Of a stretch of DNA of 64,000 bases, positions 56,269-64,000 are shown one piece after another. Within the stretch, counting starts at the first letter, position 1. Each line of letters starts with the position of its first letter. Under the pieces are notes generated by a model, which did not search any database, was not told the DNA's origin, and saw only the letters and a program-made list of their open reading frames with translations. The position numbers and the translations under genes were made by a program. This DNA is from Candidatus Aminicenantes bacterium (GTDB taxonomy: Bacteria > Acidobacteriota > Aminicenantia > Aminicenantales > Saccharicenantaceae): NCBI GenBank assembly GCA_963813235.1, contig CAWEYF010000029.1:1782-65781 (forward strand), written 5' to 3'.

Positions 56269-57638
56269 GCCTTCCTCGACAGGTCGAACTTCGCCATCTT
56301 GTTGTAAAGCGTCGTTCGGGATATCCCCAGGATCCCGGCGGTGCGCCGCAGGTTGCTCCCGGTGACCTTCAGCAGATAGACGATATATTCCCTCTCCAGG
56401 CTCTCGAGCGTGGAGAGACTCTCCTTGCGCAGGAGGGAGAGAGTCCCGGCCGGGGCCTCGAAGTCCCTGAGGTGCTTGGGTAGGTTGGCGACCTCGATGA
56501 AGTCCTTCCGGCAGAGCATCGAGGCGCTCTCGATAACGTTCTCCAGTTCCCGGACGTTCCCGGGCCAGTTGTACTTCAGGAAGATCTTCTGGACGTCCCT
56601 GGCGACGCCGCGCAGGTTCTTGGAGTACTCCTTGCCGCAGGCCTGAACGAAATGCCGGACGAGGAGCGGGATGTCCTCGAGCCGCTCCCGGAGCGGGGGG
56701 AGCCGTATCTCGACCCGGTTCAAACGGTGGTAGAGGTCCTCGCGGAACGAGCCTGTCCGGATGGCCTCGCCGACGTCGCGATTCGTCGCGGCGATCACCC
56801 GGACGTCGACGTCCGTGTTCTCGGTCGCGCCCAGGGGACGGAACTGGTGATTTTCCAGGACCCGCAACAGCTTGGCCTGGACGGGCACGGGGATCTCGGC
56901 GATCTCATCCAGGAAGATGATGCCCTGGTCCGCCTCCTCGAACAGCCCGCGCTTGTCCCTATCCGCCCCGGTGAAGGCCCCTCTCCGGTATCCGAAGAGT
57001 TCCGACTCGAATAGATTCTCGGGGATAGCGGCACAGTCGCAGACGACAAGCGGCCGGTCCCTATTAGGACTCAGGGCGTGGATGGCCCGGGCCGCGACCT
57101 CCTTGCCCGTTCCGGTCTCTCCGGTGACGAGGACCGCGGAGAAGTGCCTGGCGATGTTCTCGATCAGGGCGAAGATCTCGAGCATCGTCGGGTTCCGGCT
57201 GATCATGCCTTGAAAGACATATTTCCTCTCGAGCTTCTTCTCCAGCAGGAACGTCTCCCTCCGCAGGGTCCGCCGCTCCGCGATCCGATCCAGGACCCCG
57301 GCGATCGAGCCGGCCTGGATCGGCTTCCGGACGTGGTCGGTGGCCCCCTTGTGGATCCAGTCGAGGATGGCCTCCGGCCCGAGCTCGTCCCCCAGGATGA
57401 CGACGTCGATCAGCGGATCGAACCTCTTCAGCTTCTTCAGGATCGGGGCCGCGTCGGGCCCGGCCTTCGGCGCGTCGAGGAGGGCCGTCCGGACCCCGTT
57501 GTCGCGGACGATCGCCACGAGGTCCTCGTCGGGCTGGCAGAAGAAGAGGCTCGTGTCGCCCGGGAGGGACGATCCTTTCACGGCGTCATAAAGGGAAAAG
57601 TCCCGGGAAATGACCAATAGGCTCGTCGGCAGTTCCAT
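56265..57638 (-). CDS. Sigma-54-dependent transcriptional activator (NtrC family) with an atypical receiver domain
   Basis: 457 aa. AAA+ core VLVTGETGTGKEVAARAIH, GAFTGA, ESELFGY, and a C-terminal HTH_8. The receiver keeps the Asp in ALLDAP and the KP, but lacks the N-terminal acidic pair. Confidence 0.88.
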   Translation of the reverse strand: MELPTSLLVISRDFSLYDAVKGSSLPGDTSLFFCQPDEDLVAIVRDNGVRTALLDAPKAGPDAAPILKKLKRFDPLIDVVILGDELGPEAILDWIHKGATDHVRKPIQAGSIAGVLDRIAERRTLRRETFLLEKKLERKYVFQGMISRNPTMLEIFALIENIARHFSAVLVTGETGTGKEVAARAIHALSPNRDRPLVVCDCAAIPENLFESELFGYRRGAFTGADRDKRGLFEEADQGIIFLDEIAEIPVPVQAKLLRVLENHQFRPLGATENTDVDVRVIAATNRDVGEAIRTGSFREDLYHRLNRVEIRLPPLRERLEDIPLLVRHFVQACGKEYSKNLRGVARDVQKIFLKYNWPGNVRELENVIESASMLCRKDFIEVANLPKHLRDFEAPAGTLSLLRKESLSTLESLEREYIVYLLKVTGSNLRRTAGILGISRTTLYNKMAKFDLSRKA

Positions 57639-57678
57639 GTCACTCCATCGCCCGGACGCGTGCCCTCATCTTATCAAT

Positions 57679-60600
57679 TCAGGGCCCCGTTTTCAATCTC
57701 CCGGGCGCGCCCGCCTTGGGCACGGTCCCGGGGCGCTCGCGGTGGAATTCGATGCGGATCCTGTCCCGGACCTCCTCCTCGATGCGGGCCGTTTCGAACC
57801 GGACCTGGCTCAGGTACTTGACGTGGGCCCGGAGGTACGCCAAGCCCTGCTCGCAGAGGAAGCTCAGCCAGGCCCCCGAGGCCGTCTCGTCCATGAGCTC
57901 GGGCGTCTGCTCGACGAACGTTAACCGGCTCCGGAGCGTCAGGCGGTTCTCCCGGGAGGACCGCCTCCGGGCATAGACGTTGACGCCGTCGGTGACTTCG
58001 AGGGGGCTGAGGAAGGGCTGCCAGCGGGCCGCCCAGCGGTTGTATCGCTCATAGAGCCGCTTGTTGGAGTCGCGGATCCTCTCGTCCGCCTGGGTCTCCC
58101 GGGTCACGAAGGACAGGAGTTCGTCTCCGGCCTCTTTCCATTTTTCGTATATGGAAAGTCCGGGCGCCCGGAAATAGGCGAACCAGCCCCGAGGGATCCA
58201 GTAATCGCGGAAGAGATAAGGGGAGTAGTTCGAGAACTGCTGGACCCACTCGTGCGAAGGATAGCCGTGCAGGTTCAGATAGATGTCCGGCAGCCACTTG
58301 TCGTACAGCGCCGTCCTGACGGCGGCTTCGGGGAGGACCGGCCGCCCCGGGTCGACCTGCGCGCCGATATCGATCCCCAGGGTTCCGTACCTCCCGGCAT
58401 GCAGGCTGTGGAAGGGGGCCAGCTGGGCAAGCCCGGCGGCGAGGGCGGCGCCGTCGGGATTCTCCATCGGCTGGATGACGAAATTGATCCGCCGGGCGGC
58501 GTCCTGCCAGGAGCGGTCGCGCGCAAGGAGTTCGGCCAGCTTGAGCGTGTAATTGGTCGAGGAGATCTCGTTGGCATGCTGACGGGCGCTCAGCTGGAGC
58601 GTTGGCTTGAACGTGACGAGGCGGGCCGTTGAAACGATCCCCTCCTGGGGAGTGAAGATCTCGATGACCGGGACGGGCCTGTCCTCGTAGGATCTCCCCC
58701 CCGTATAGGCCCGGATCGCCTTGAAGGTCCCCAACCGGTCGATGATGTCCCGGCAAGCTTCCGGCGATATGCTTTCCCCCGTGGGAACCACAGGCTCTTC
58801 CGGTCCCGGCGGGGCGGGCAGGGGCCGGGCCTCCGGGGCCACGTAGACGACGGGCAGGTTCTCCTCCTTGACAAGGTCTCGCCAGCGGATCCTGGCCGTG
58901 ACGCTCCCGAGCTTCGGGTACGCGAAGGGCCCGGCCACGAGGCCCCGGTCCGCCAGCGTCCTCAGGGATTCCGCGAGGTCCAGGAATGCGAGGTAATCGG
59001 ATTCTTTTTCGGCCTCCATCTCCAGGAAGAGCCTTTCCATCCGGTCCCCCTGGCCATCGAAGATGAAACCCGGCACGCTCATGTTCGCGACCTTCAGGGC
59101 CGGGAACCCGAACGTCCGGACGGCTTCTTCGCGGCCCGGCTCCTTCCACCGAAATTCCATTTCCGGCCCGGCCGCCGGCCAGTCCTCGAAGGTCACCCGG
59201 ACCTTGGCCCTGCCGCCCTCGGTGGACTTATGGATGACCGGGAGAACGTTTCCCGGCGCGGACGAGCGCGAAGTGTCTTCAGGGACGGGGGTCTCCGCGT
59301 CGCCGAACCGGGTGACGCCCCTCAGGAGGTCGAGCGTATCGAAATAGATCTCGTCGTGGATGGATTCCAAGCTGCTGACGAACTCTTCGTCCACCCCGAG
59401 CCGGTAATCGGGCTCGCTGGCCCACAGCTCGACGAGGAGCCTTTTGAAATAGGGTTGTTTGGTGAAGACGGGATCGAAGCCGGTCTTTCGGAGGACGTGG
59501 GCGTGGACGGGCTTCAGAACCTCCTCCTGGTAGAACTCCCAGAACCTCTCCAGGTCGGTCCGGAGGGAGACGTCGAGGGCGGTCTCGTTTCCGGCCTCGA
59601 CCTTCAGCCAGCCGGTCGTCGTCAGGGCCGATCCCCATTCGGGCAGGACGTTGAGGAAAGGGATCTCCCGGGTCCGGGGCGAAAAAACCTGCTGGGAGAT
59701 CAGGCCGTTCTTCTCATCGAAGGCCAGGACCTCGTAGACGGGCCCCGCGGAGGGCTTGATCTCGAGTTCGATCCTCTCCACGGGGATCTGGAGCTCTCTC
59801 GCGACGATCTCGTCGGCCGGATAGAGCTCCTGCAGCCATCGGCAGGATTCGGCATAGGACCGTTTGAGGACGCTCCGCGGGTCTTCGTCCGCCCGGAACC
59901 GGATGGTCAAGTGATGAACACCCTTGCCCTTGAGGGGAGGGGCGACCTTTTCGGTGAGCCAATAGAATCCTTGCTTATAGGCGGAGGCGACCTCGACCTC
60001 CGCCCCGGCGATCCCGCGCTCGGCGAGGACCTTATCGATCCTTCCCCTCACCCGCGCCCGCACTTCGGGGGATTCGCTGACGCCCAGGCTGACCCGGACC
60101 GGCTTCCCGGCCCCGAGGGATTTCAGGGCGTCCTCGAGTTGGGCGACGGCGTCGTCGACCTCCCAATCGAACTCCTTTTCCTTTTCGAAAACGGTCTTGC
60201 CGTCCTTGAGGGCCTGCGTCGTCACGGAGACGGACCGGGCCCCGAGGCTTCTGATGTCCTTTCTGACGGCCTCTGCGAAGGCCGGGTTCGCCCGGGGGAG
60301 CGTCAGCCGGATATCGACGGAATCCAGGTCAATGCCGGCAAGCTCGCCGGCGAGGGCTTTCAAACGGGTCGCGAAAAAGGCTTCGGCGCCGCCCTTGTCT
60401 CCCTTGAGGAACGCCGTCATATCCGCGGGGACGTCCCGGAGCTGCGGCCGTCCCTCCCGGTACTCATCGAAATACGGGAACGTTTCGGCAAAATAGGCCA
60501 GGACCTTCTCCAGACCCGGCGTATCCGGGGCATGCACGACGAGGGCGCTCGAGTCGTTGAAGGCCTTGGGGACGACTCGGACGATCCCCCTCGCGTTCTC

Positions 60601-61833
60601 GAGGTCCGGCAGCCGGAGCTTGCCCGTCCGGACGAGCTCGCGGGTGAGGAGGTTCATCCCTATGAGGACCGGAGCCGCGAGGCCCTTGGGCCGTTCGATC
60701 TCCGAATCCAGGTAGACGATGGGGAAGGATGCGCCGGCCGTGGGAAGGACGAGCTTGGACGCGAGCCCCGCCACGCCCTTGCCGTTCAAGCCGGTCGGGA
60801 TGATGACCGAGGCTTCCAGCCCGTCAAGGATCCCGTCCCCGTCCCGGTCGGCATACAGGCCCTTTGTCGTGAAGAGGCCGAGCAGGTCGAATTCCCTCCC
60901 GGAGACGTCGGCCGGTGCCTCTTCTTTGAAGGCCGGCGTGAGGAGCCGCTTGGTCGACCCGGGCCGCGGGAGGGCCACTTTCAAGCTCTTTTTGCCGTAA
61001 TTGAGTTCGAACGAGATCACGGCGCATGCAGGATAGGAGAGGACGGCGGTACGCAGCCCCTTGGGGCGCTGTTTGGCGAGGAGGTCCAGCGCACGGAACG
61101 CCTTCTTCTGATCGCCCTCGTCGGTGAAATGGAGCTCGACGACCAGTTCGCGGATCTCACCCGAGGAGAAGTCCAGGCTCTTCAGGGCTCCCCTGGCCGA
61201 TGCCGCGGGCGGAAAATCATAGGAAGCCTCTCGGATGACGGTTTTGAGGAGCAGCACGTCCTCCGGTGCCAGGAACTTGGCGAGGTCGCTTTCGAAAGAG
61301 AGGAGGGTGGCTCCGGACTCCCGGCCCCAGACCTCCCAGAAATAGGGCCAGCGCAGGAAGAAGGCCCGGCCCGTTCTCAGAAGGGCGTCGTCCGAACCGG
61401 CGACGCAGGCGATCCCCCGTTGGCCCTTGTGGGAGAACACGAAGACGAGGCCCCGGTCCGGGCCCAGGCTCGCGAGGTCCAGCTTCCTGTCCTTGGCGAC
61501 GTCCCGGGCCCACCTCAGGTCGGCGCCGATGAGGATCGGGTTGGGGAGGGACTCCCAGCTTGTCGCCTCGGATTCCCGGCGCACGAGGGCGAAGTCCTGG
61601 GCCAGGCTTTCCAGGTTGACCCGGGCGGCGATGTCCGACGCGAGGGCGATCTCCGCGGCTGAGGGATCGTCCGGGATGATGATGGACATGACGATCTTCT
61701 CGCCGTGCCCGTCGCCGTCGAGGTCCTGGATGGTCTTGCCTTGGGCATAGAGCTGGGACAGGCTGGAAAGCTCGGCCAGCCCCGGCCGGGCCAACAGGAG
61801 GGGGAGCAGGGCCGCGATAAGGGTTCTTTTCAT
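57679..61833 (-). CDS. Very large secreted protein (1384 aa) with a C-terminal M14 zinc-carboxypeptidase-like domain
   Basis: Signal peptide MKRTLIAALLPLLLARPGLA, with GAGGAG 8 nt upstream of the ATG. The C-terminal third has SARQHANEISS (HxxE), IQPMENPDGAALA and YLNLHGYPSHEW, the order of M14 zinc and substrate motifs. I do not recognise the N-terminal ~1000 aa. Confidence 0.8.
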   Translation of the reverse strand: MKRTLIAALLPLLLARPGLAELSSLSQLYAQGKTIQDLDGDGHGEKIVMSIIIPDDPSAAEIALASDIAARVNLESLAQDFALVRRESEATSWESLPNPILIGADLRWARDVAKDRKLDLASLGPDRGLVFVFSHKGQRGIACVAGSDDALLRTGRAFFLRWPYFWEVWGRESGATLLSFESDLAKFLAPEDVLLLKTVIREASYDFPPAASARGALKSLDFSSGEIRELVVELHFTDEGDQKKAFRALDLLAKQRPKGLRTAVLSYPACAVISFELNYGKKSLKVALPRPGSTKRLLTPAFKEEAPADVSGREFDLLGLFTTKGLYADRDGDGILDGLEASVIIPTGLNGKGVAGLASKLVLPTAGASFPIVYLDSEIERPKGLAAPVLIGMNLLTRELVRTGKLRLPDLENARGIVRVVPKAFNDSSALVVHAPDTPGLEKVLAYFAETFPYFDEYREGRPQLRDVPADMTAFLKGDKGGAEAFFATRLKALAGELAGIDLDSVDIRLTLPRANPAFAEAVRKDIRSLGARSVSVTTQALKDGKTVFEKEKEFDWEVDDAVAQLEDALKSLGAGKPVRVSLGVSESPEVRARVRGRIDKVLAERGIAGAEVEVASAYKQGFYWLTEKVAPPLKGKGVHHLTIRFRADEDPRSVLKRSYAESCRWLQELYPADEIVARELQIPVERIELEIKPSAGPVYEVLAFDEKNGLISQQVFSPRTREIPFLNVLPEWGSALTTTGWLKVEAGNETALDVSLRTDLERFWEFYQEEVLKPVHAHVLRKTGFDPVFTKQPYFKRLLVELWASEPDYRLGVDEEFVSSLESIHDEIYFDTLDLLRGVTRFGDAETPVPEDTSRSSAPGNVLPVIHKSTEGGRAKVRVTFEDWPAAGPEMEFRWKEPGREEAVRTFGFPALKVANMSVPGFIFDGQGDRMERLFLEMEAEKESDYLAFLDLAESLRTLADRGLVAGPFAYPKLGSVTARIRWRDLVKEENLPVVYVAPEARPLPAPPGPEEPVVPTGESISPEACRDIIDRLGTFKAIRAYTGGRSYEDRPVPVIEIFTPQEGIVSTARLVTFKPTLQLSARQHANEISSTNYTLKLAELLARDRSWQDAARRINFVIQPMENPDGAALAAGLAQLAPFHSLHAGRYGTLGIDIGAQVDPGRPVLPEAAVRTALYDKWLPDIYLNLHGYPSHEWVQQFSNYSPYLFRDYWIPRGWFAYFRAPGLSIYEKWKEAGDELLSFVTRETQADERIRDSNKRLYERYNRWAARWQPFLSPLEVTDGVNVYARRRSSRENRLTLRSRLTFVEQTPELMDETASGAWLSFLCEQGLAYLRAHVKYLSQVRFETARIEEEVRDRIRIEFHRERPGTVPKAGAPGRLKTGP

Positions 61834-61943
61834 CTTCCGTTCTCCTCGAACATCAATTCTATCACTATCATAAAGGCATTACGAGGGTGTCGCAGCGGAG
61901 GGCAAGATCACTTCCCGTTCCGGTCGCCCGGGAGGGAAGGGTA

Positions 61944-62102
61944 ATGACCCTGACGGGGCGCATCTTGAAGACAAGGGGAGTGCGCCCCCGGACAGGAAAA
62001 CATGGGGCCGTTCCAAGGCCAGGCCCATACATTCAGGCTAAATCTGGTAGAATTCGCCCTTTTCCGGCGATAAAGATTAACGAATTTTCGGGTTCAAACT
62101 GA
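61944..62102 (+). CDS. Candidate 52-aa highly basic small protein
   Basis: MTLTGRILKTRGVRPRTGKHGAVPRPGPYIQAKSGRIRPFPAIKINEFSGSN (11 K/R, 1 E). GGAGGG (61931-61936) lies 7 nt before the ATG. The stop is 9 nt before an intrinsic terminator. Codon usage is atypical for the window. Confidence 0.35.
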   Translation: MTLTGRILKTRGVRPRTGKHGAVPRPGPYIQAKSGRIRPFPAIKINEFSGSN

Positions 62103-62111
62103 TGCCTCGAT

Positions 62112-62147
62112 CCCGGGATCACGCTTTTCCGGGCTTTTTTGGTTTTT
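62112..62147 (+). terminator. Rho-independent terminator (plus strand)
   Basis: Stem CCCGGGA (62112-62118) pairs with TTCCGGG (62127-62133), 7 bp including one G-U. The loop is 8 nt, followed by CTTTTTTGGTTTTT. There is no T-tract on the opposite strand. Confidence 0.65.
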
Positions 62148-62312
62148 AGGTCGTTATTAGGTCCAACTATGGCCTTTTCGATGGTATTCCATGTCATTTC
62201 CCGGAAAACTCTCCTGATGCCTGGTCAGGACTCCATGTTCAATTTTTTGGCTTCTTCCGCTCCCTGCCGTTGAGCCCCCAAGGCGATAGTGTTATGATAG
62301 GCTCTCGGTACC

Positions 62313-63716
62313 ATGAGAAGACCGTGGCTCCTCATCATGCTCCTGGCGGCGGCCCAAACGGGCCCGGCTTGCCGTATCCTTAAACCTCGAACCACGCCTT
62401 ATCCTGCCGGGGTGGCCTTTCCCGTCGTCGAGGACGGCTCCGTACCGTTCCGGGGACGGCCGGCGGGGGGGATCCGTGCGCGCGGCGGGTCGATATACAT
62501 AAGCACTCGGGCCGGATACGTCTGGAGCATCGACATCGCAGGCAGGAAGGCGGCGTGGAAGTTCAAAACGGACAACCGTCTCCTGGAGCCGCCTTTCCCG
62601 GGAGCGGAGAACGTCTACGCACGGGACGAAGCCGACGTCCTCTACAGCTTGAACCCAGGTGGCGAGCTTGTATGGAAGAGGCCTTTAGGCGAGAAGATCC
62701 TGACGCCCGTCGTCGAAGGCGGGGGCCGGGTCTTTTTTGGCACCGAAAAGGGCAGGTTCTGGTCGATCGCCCTCGACGGAAAGGACGACCGCGTGTTCCA
62801 GGCGGGCGGTCCCGTCGCCGTCGGTCCCCTGGTTTCCGGATCCCGGGTCATCTTCGGATCCGATGACGGGGAACTCCACGTCCACGACCTCGGTGGAAAG
62901 CCCCTCTGGACCTTTCGGGCGCCCGGAAAGATCGTCGGCCCGATCGGGAGCGACGGAAAGCTCCTTTTCTTCAGCACCGCGGACCGCTGGCACTTTTGCC
63001 TGAAGGTCGGTGGGAAGGCCCCGAAGTGGAAGGTCCGGCTCGGAGGCGTGCCTGTGACCGAACCCGTCGTCCGCGGCGGCAGGCTCTATCTCCTGGCGAC
63101 GAACAGCGTCCTGTACTGCCTCCGGAGATTAGGCGGAGACGTCCTCTGGTGGGCGAACGTCCCCTCCCGGACGGCCTACGACCTCGCGTTGGTGGAGGAC
63201 AAGGTGATCGTGGCGTCGCTCTCCCCCTTCCTGCTGGCCTTCGACGCCGCGACGGGGCGAAAAGCCGGCGAATTCACGGCCGGGCGGGACCTCATGGCGA
63301 ACGCCGTCTGGGCCGATCCATTCCTCCTGATCGCCCATTATGATGCCGCGTCCGACGAGGGCAGGCTCGTTCTTTTGAAGAAGGAGATCGGGGTCCGCCT
63401 AACGGCCCAGAAGGCTTCGCCCCGGCCGGCGGGGGAGGAGATCTCCTTCTCGGTTTCCGCCGTCGGCTTTTTCAAACCCAGGTACGAATTCTACGTCAAG
63501 ACCGGGGACAAGCGCGAGGTCGCCCAGAAGGCCTCCGAAAAAAGCAGCTGGACCTGGTACGCGGAAGCCGAAGGCGCCTACGCCGTCGGGGTCGCGGTGG
63601 CCGACGCCAAGCTGTCCCGGGAGGCCGAAATTCCCTACGTCATAGAAAAACGCCCGGAAAAGAAACCGGAAGAGCCAAAGAAAGAAGGATCAAAGAAAAA
63701 GGAGACGCCGAAATGA
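62313..63716 (+). CDS. Secreted PQQ-like beta-propeller repeat protein (BamB-like fold) with an Ig-like domain and a Lys/Glu-rich tail
   Basis: 467 aa with a signal peptide. Repeated G.VY / W.F blades (GYVWSIDIAGRKAAWKF, LYSLNPGGELVWKR, FWSIALDGKD, LHVHDLGGKPLWTF, LYCLRRLGGDVLWW). The C-terminus is EKKPEEPKKEGSKKKETPK. Confidence 0.8.
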   Translation: MRRPWLLIMLLAAAQTGPACRILKPRTTPYPAGVAFPVVEDGSVPFRGRPAGGIRARGGSIYISTRAGYVWSIDIAGRKAAWKFKTDNRLLEPPFPGAENVYARDEADVLYSLNPGGELVWKRPLGEKILTPVVEGGGRVFFGTEKGRFWSIALDGKDDRVFQAGGPVAVGPLVSGSRVIFGSDDGELHVHDLGGKPLWTFRAPGKIVGPIGSDGKLLFFSTADRWHFCLKVGGKAPKWKVRLGGVPVTEPVVRGGRLYLLATNSVLYCLRRLGGDVLWWANVPSRTAYDLALVEDKVIVASLSPFLLAFDAATGRKAGEFTAGRDLMANAVWADPFLLIAHYDAASDEGRLVLLKKEIGVRLTAQKASPRPAGEEISFSVSAVGFFKPRYEFYVKTGDKREVAQKASEKSSWTWYAEAEGAYAVGVAVADAKLSREAEIPYVIEKRPEKKPEEPKKEGSKKKETPK

Positions 63717-64000
63717 TGCGCGAAGACGCCTTGTCGCTGGTACACAACCATCTGAAGAACAGGAACCTGATCAAGCATTGTCTGGCCGTCGAGGCCTGCA
63801 TGAAAGCGGTCGCCGCAAGACTCGGTCACGATCCCGGACCCGTGGGGGTTGGCCGGCCTCGTTCACGACCTCGATTACGAGGTCACCGAGAAGAGCCCCG
63901 AGCTCCATACGGTGGAAACGGCGAAGATCCTCGAAGGATTGGGCACGGATCCCGAGGTCGTCCACGCCGTCCGGGCCCACGCCGGAAAGGTCCCGTGCGA
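63713..64000 (+). CDS. HD/HDIG-domain phosphohydrolase, partial at the window end (one frame change at ~63837)
   Basis: MMREDALSLVHNHLKNRNLIKHCLAVEACMKAVAARLGHDP, then after a +1 shift WGLAGLVHDLDYEVTEKSPELH...VVHAVRAH. This is the typical HD-domain pattern. The ATG overlaps the upstream stop. Confidence 0.75.
   Translation, partial: MMREDALSLVHNHLKNRNLIKHCLAVEACMKAVAARLGHDPGPVGVGRPRSRPRLRGHREEPRAPYGGNGEDPRRIGHGSRGRPRRPGPRRKGPVR

Noticed and set aside
61834-62312. Sigma-54 promoters (GG-N10-GC) for the giant peptidase gene or the PQQ-propeller gene, suggested by the adjacent NtrC-family activator.
   Set aside because: The only GG-N10-GC spacing I found (reverse strand around 62014-62031) has a poor -12 element (CGGC instead of TTGC). 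The TGGC at ~62247 has the wrong spacing. I cannot support a call without a scoring matrix.

Overview
High-GC (by eye above 60%) chromosomal segment of a diderm bacterium: BamA, Skp, LolCD and LpxA/LpxI are all present. I cannot place the lineage from sequence alone. It looks like an uncultured, MAG-type genome. About 55 protein genes are tightly packed, with many 1-4 nt start/stop overlaps and convergent genes that abut within 13 nt.

Layout:
- 1-1549: AT-rich, decayed accessory DNA. It holds an ATP-grasp fragment with an in-frame TAA, a BlaI-family repressor beside a BlaR1 stump, and a 3' tRNA-Lys(CUU) fragment that I read as the right-hand att scar of a genomic island.
- 1610-19737: core genes. 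These include an ATP-grasp protein, an NSS transporter, a MinD/ParA-type ATPase with a J-like protein, rpoZ, a CYTH protein, a polyprenyl synthase, yajQ, tatD, a DUF885 protein, fabH, an S55-like peptidase with a beta-propeller protein, efp and a GHMP kinase.
- 19802-29337: an amidohydrolase, then a translationally coupled NuoE/NuoF/NuoG-like plus NfnA/NfnB redox cluster and an RNase HIII-type gene.
- 29342-41066: a DUF401-like gene, alaX, a serine hydrolase with two FtsX/MacB-type permeases, an OMP, rluB, a Lon-like protease and an acyltransferase.
- 41292-51662: ribH, nusB and lysS, followed by an envelope supercluster (lolC/E, lolD, bamA, skp, fabZ, lpxA, lpxI, a Gfo/Idh/MocA oxidoreductase).
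- 51669-64000: a LolA-like protein, an aminotransferase, a Fis-type HTH, a PAS-GGDEF cyclase, an OMP, a sigma-54 activator, a 1384-aa secreted protein with a C-terminal M14 peptidase domain, a PQQ-type propeller and an HD protein.

I found no CRISPR array, transposase, integrase, toxin-antitoxin pair, recognisable defence system or intact RNA gene.

The most interesting items:
- The NuoEFG-like + NfnAB five-gene module, a possible Bfu/Stn-like electron-bifurcating transhydrogenase.
- The giant M14 protein, and the structured intergenic region beside it that carries a small basic ORF and an orphan intrinsic terminator.
- A 37-bp tandem palindromic, G-tract repeat at 41120-41225.
- The island border at the left end.

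Caveat: by manual reading about 38 single-base frame changes interrupt 14 otherwise well-conserved genes. They are clustered in hot zones, and most behave as 1-nt insertions. I interpret these mainly as sequence-quality problems rather than biology. Coordinates of frameshifted genes are therefore reconstructed spans, not single ORFs.
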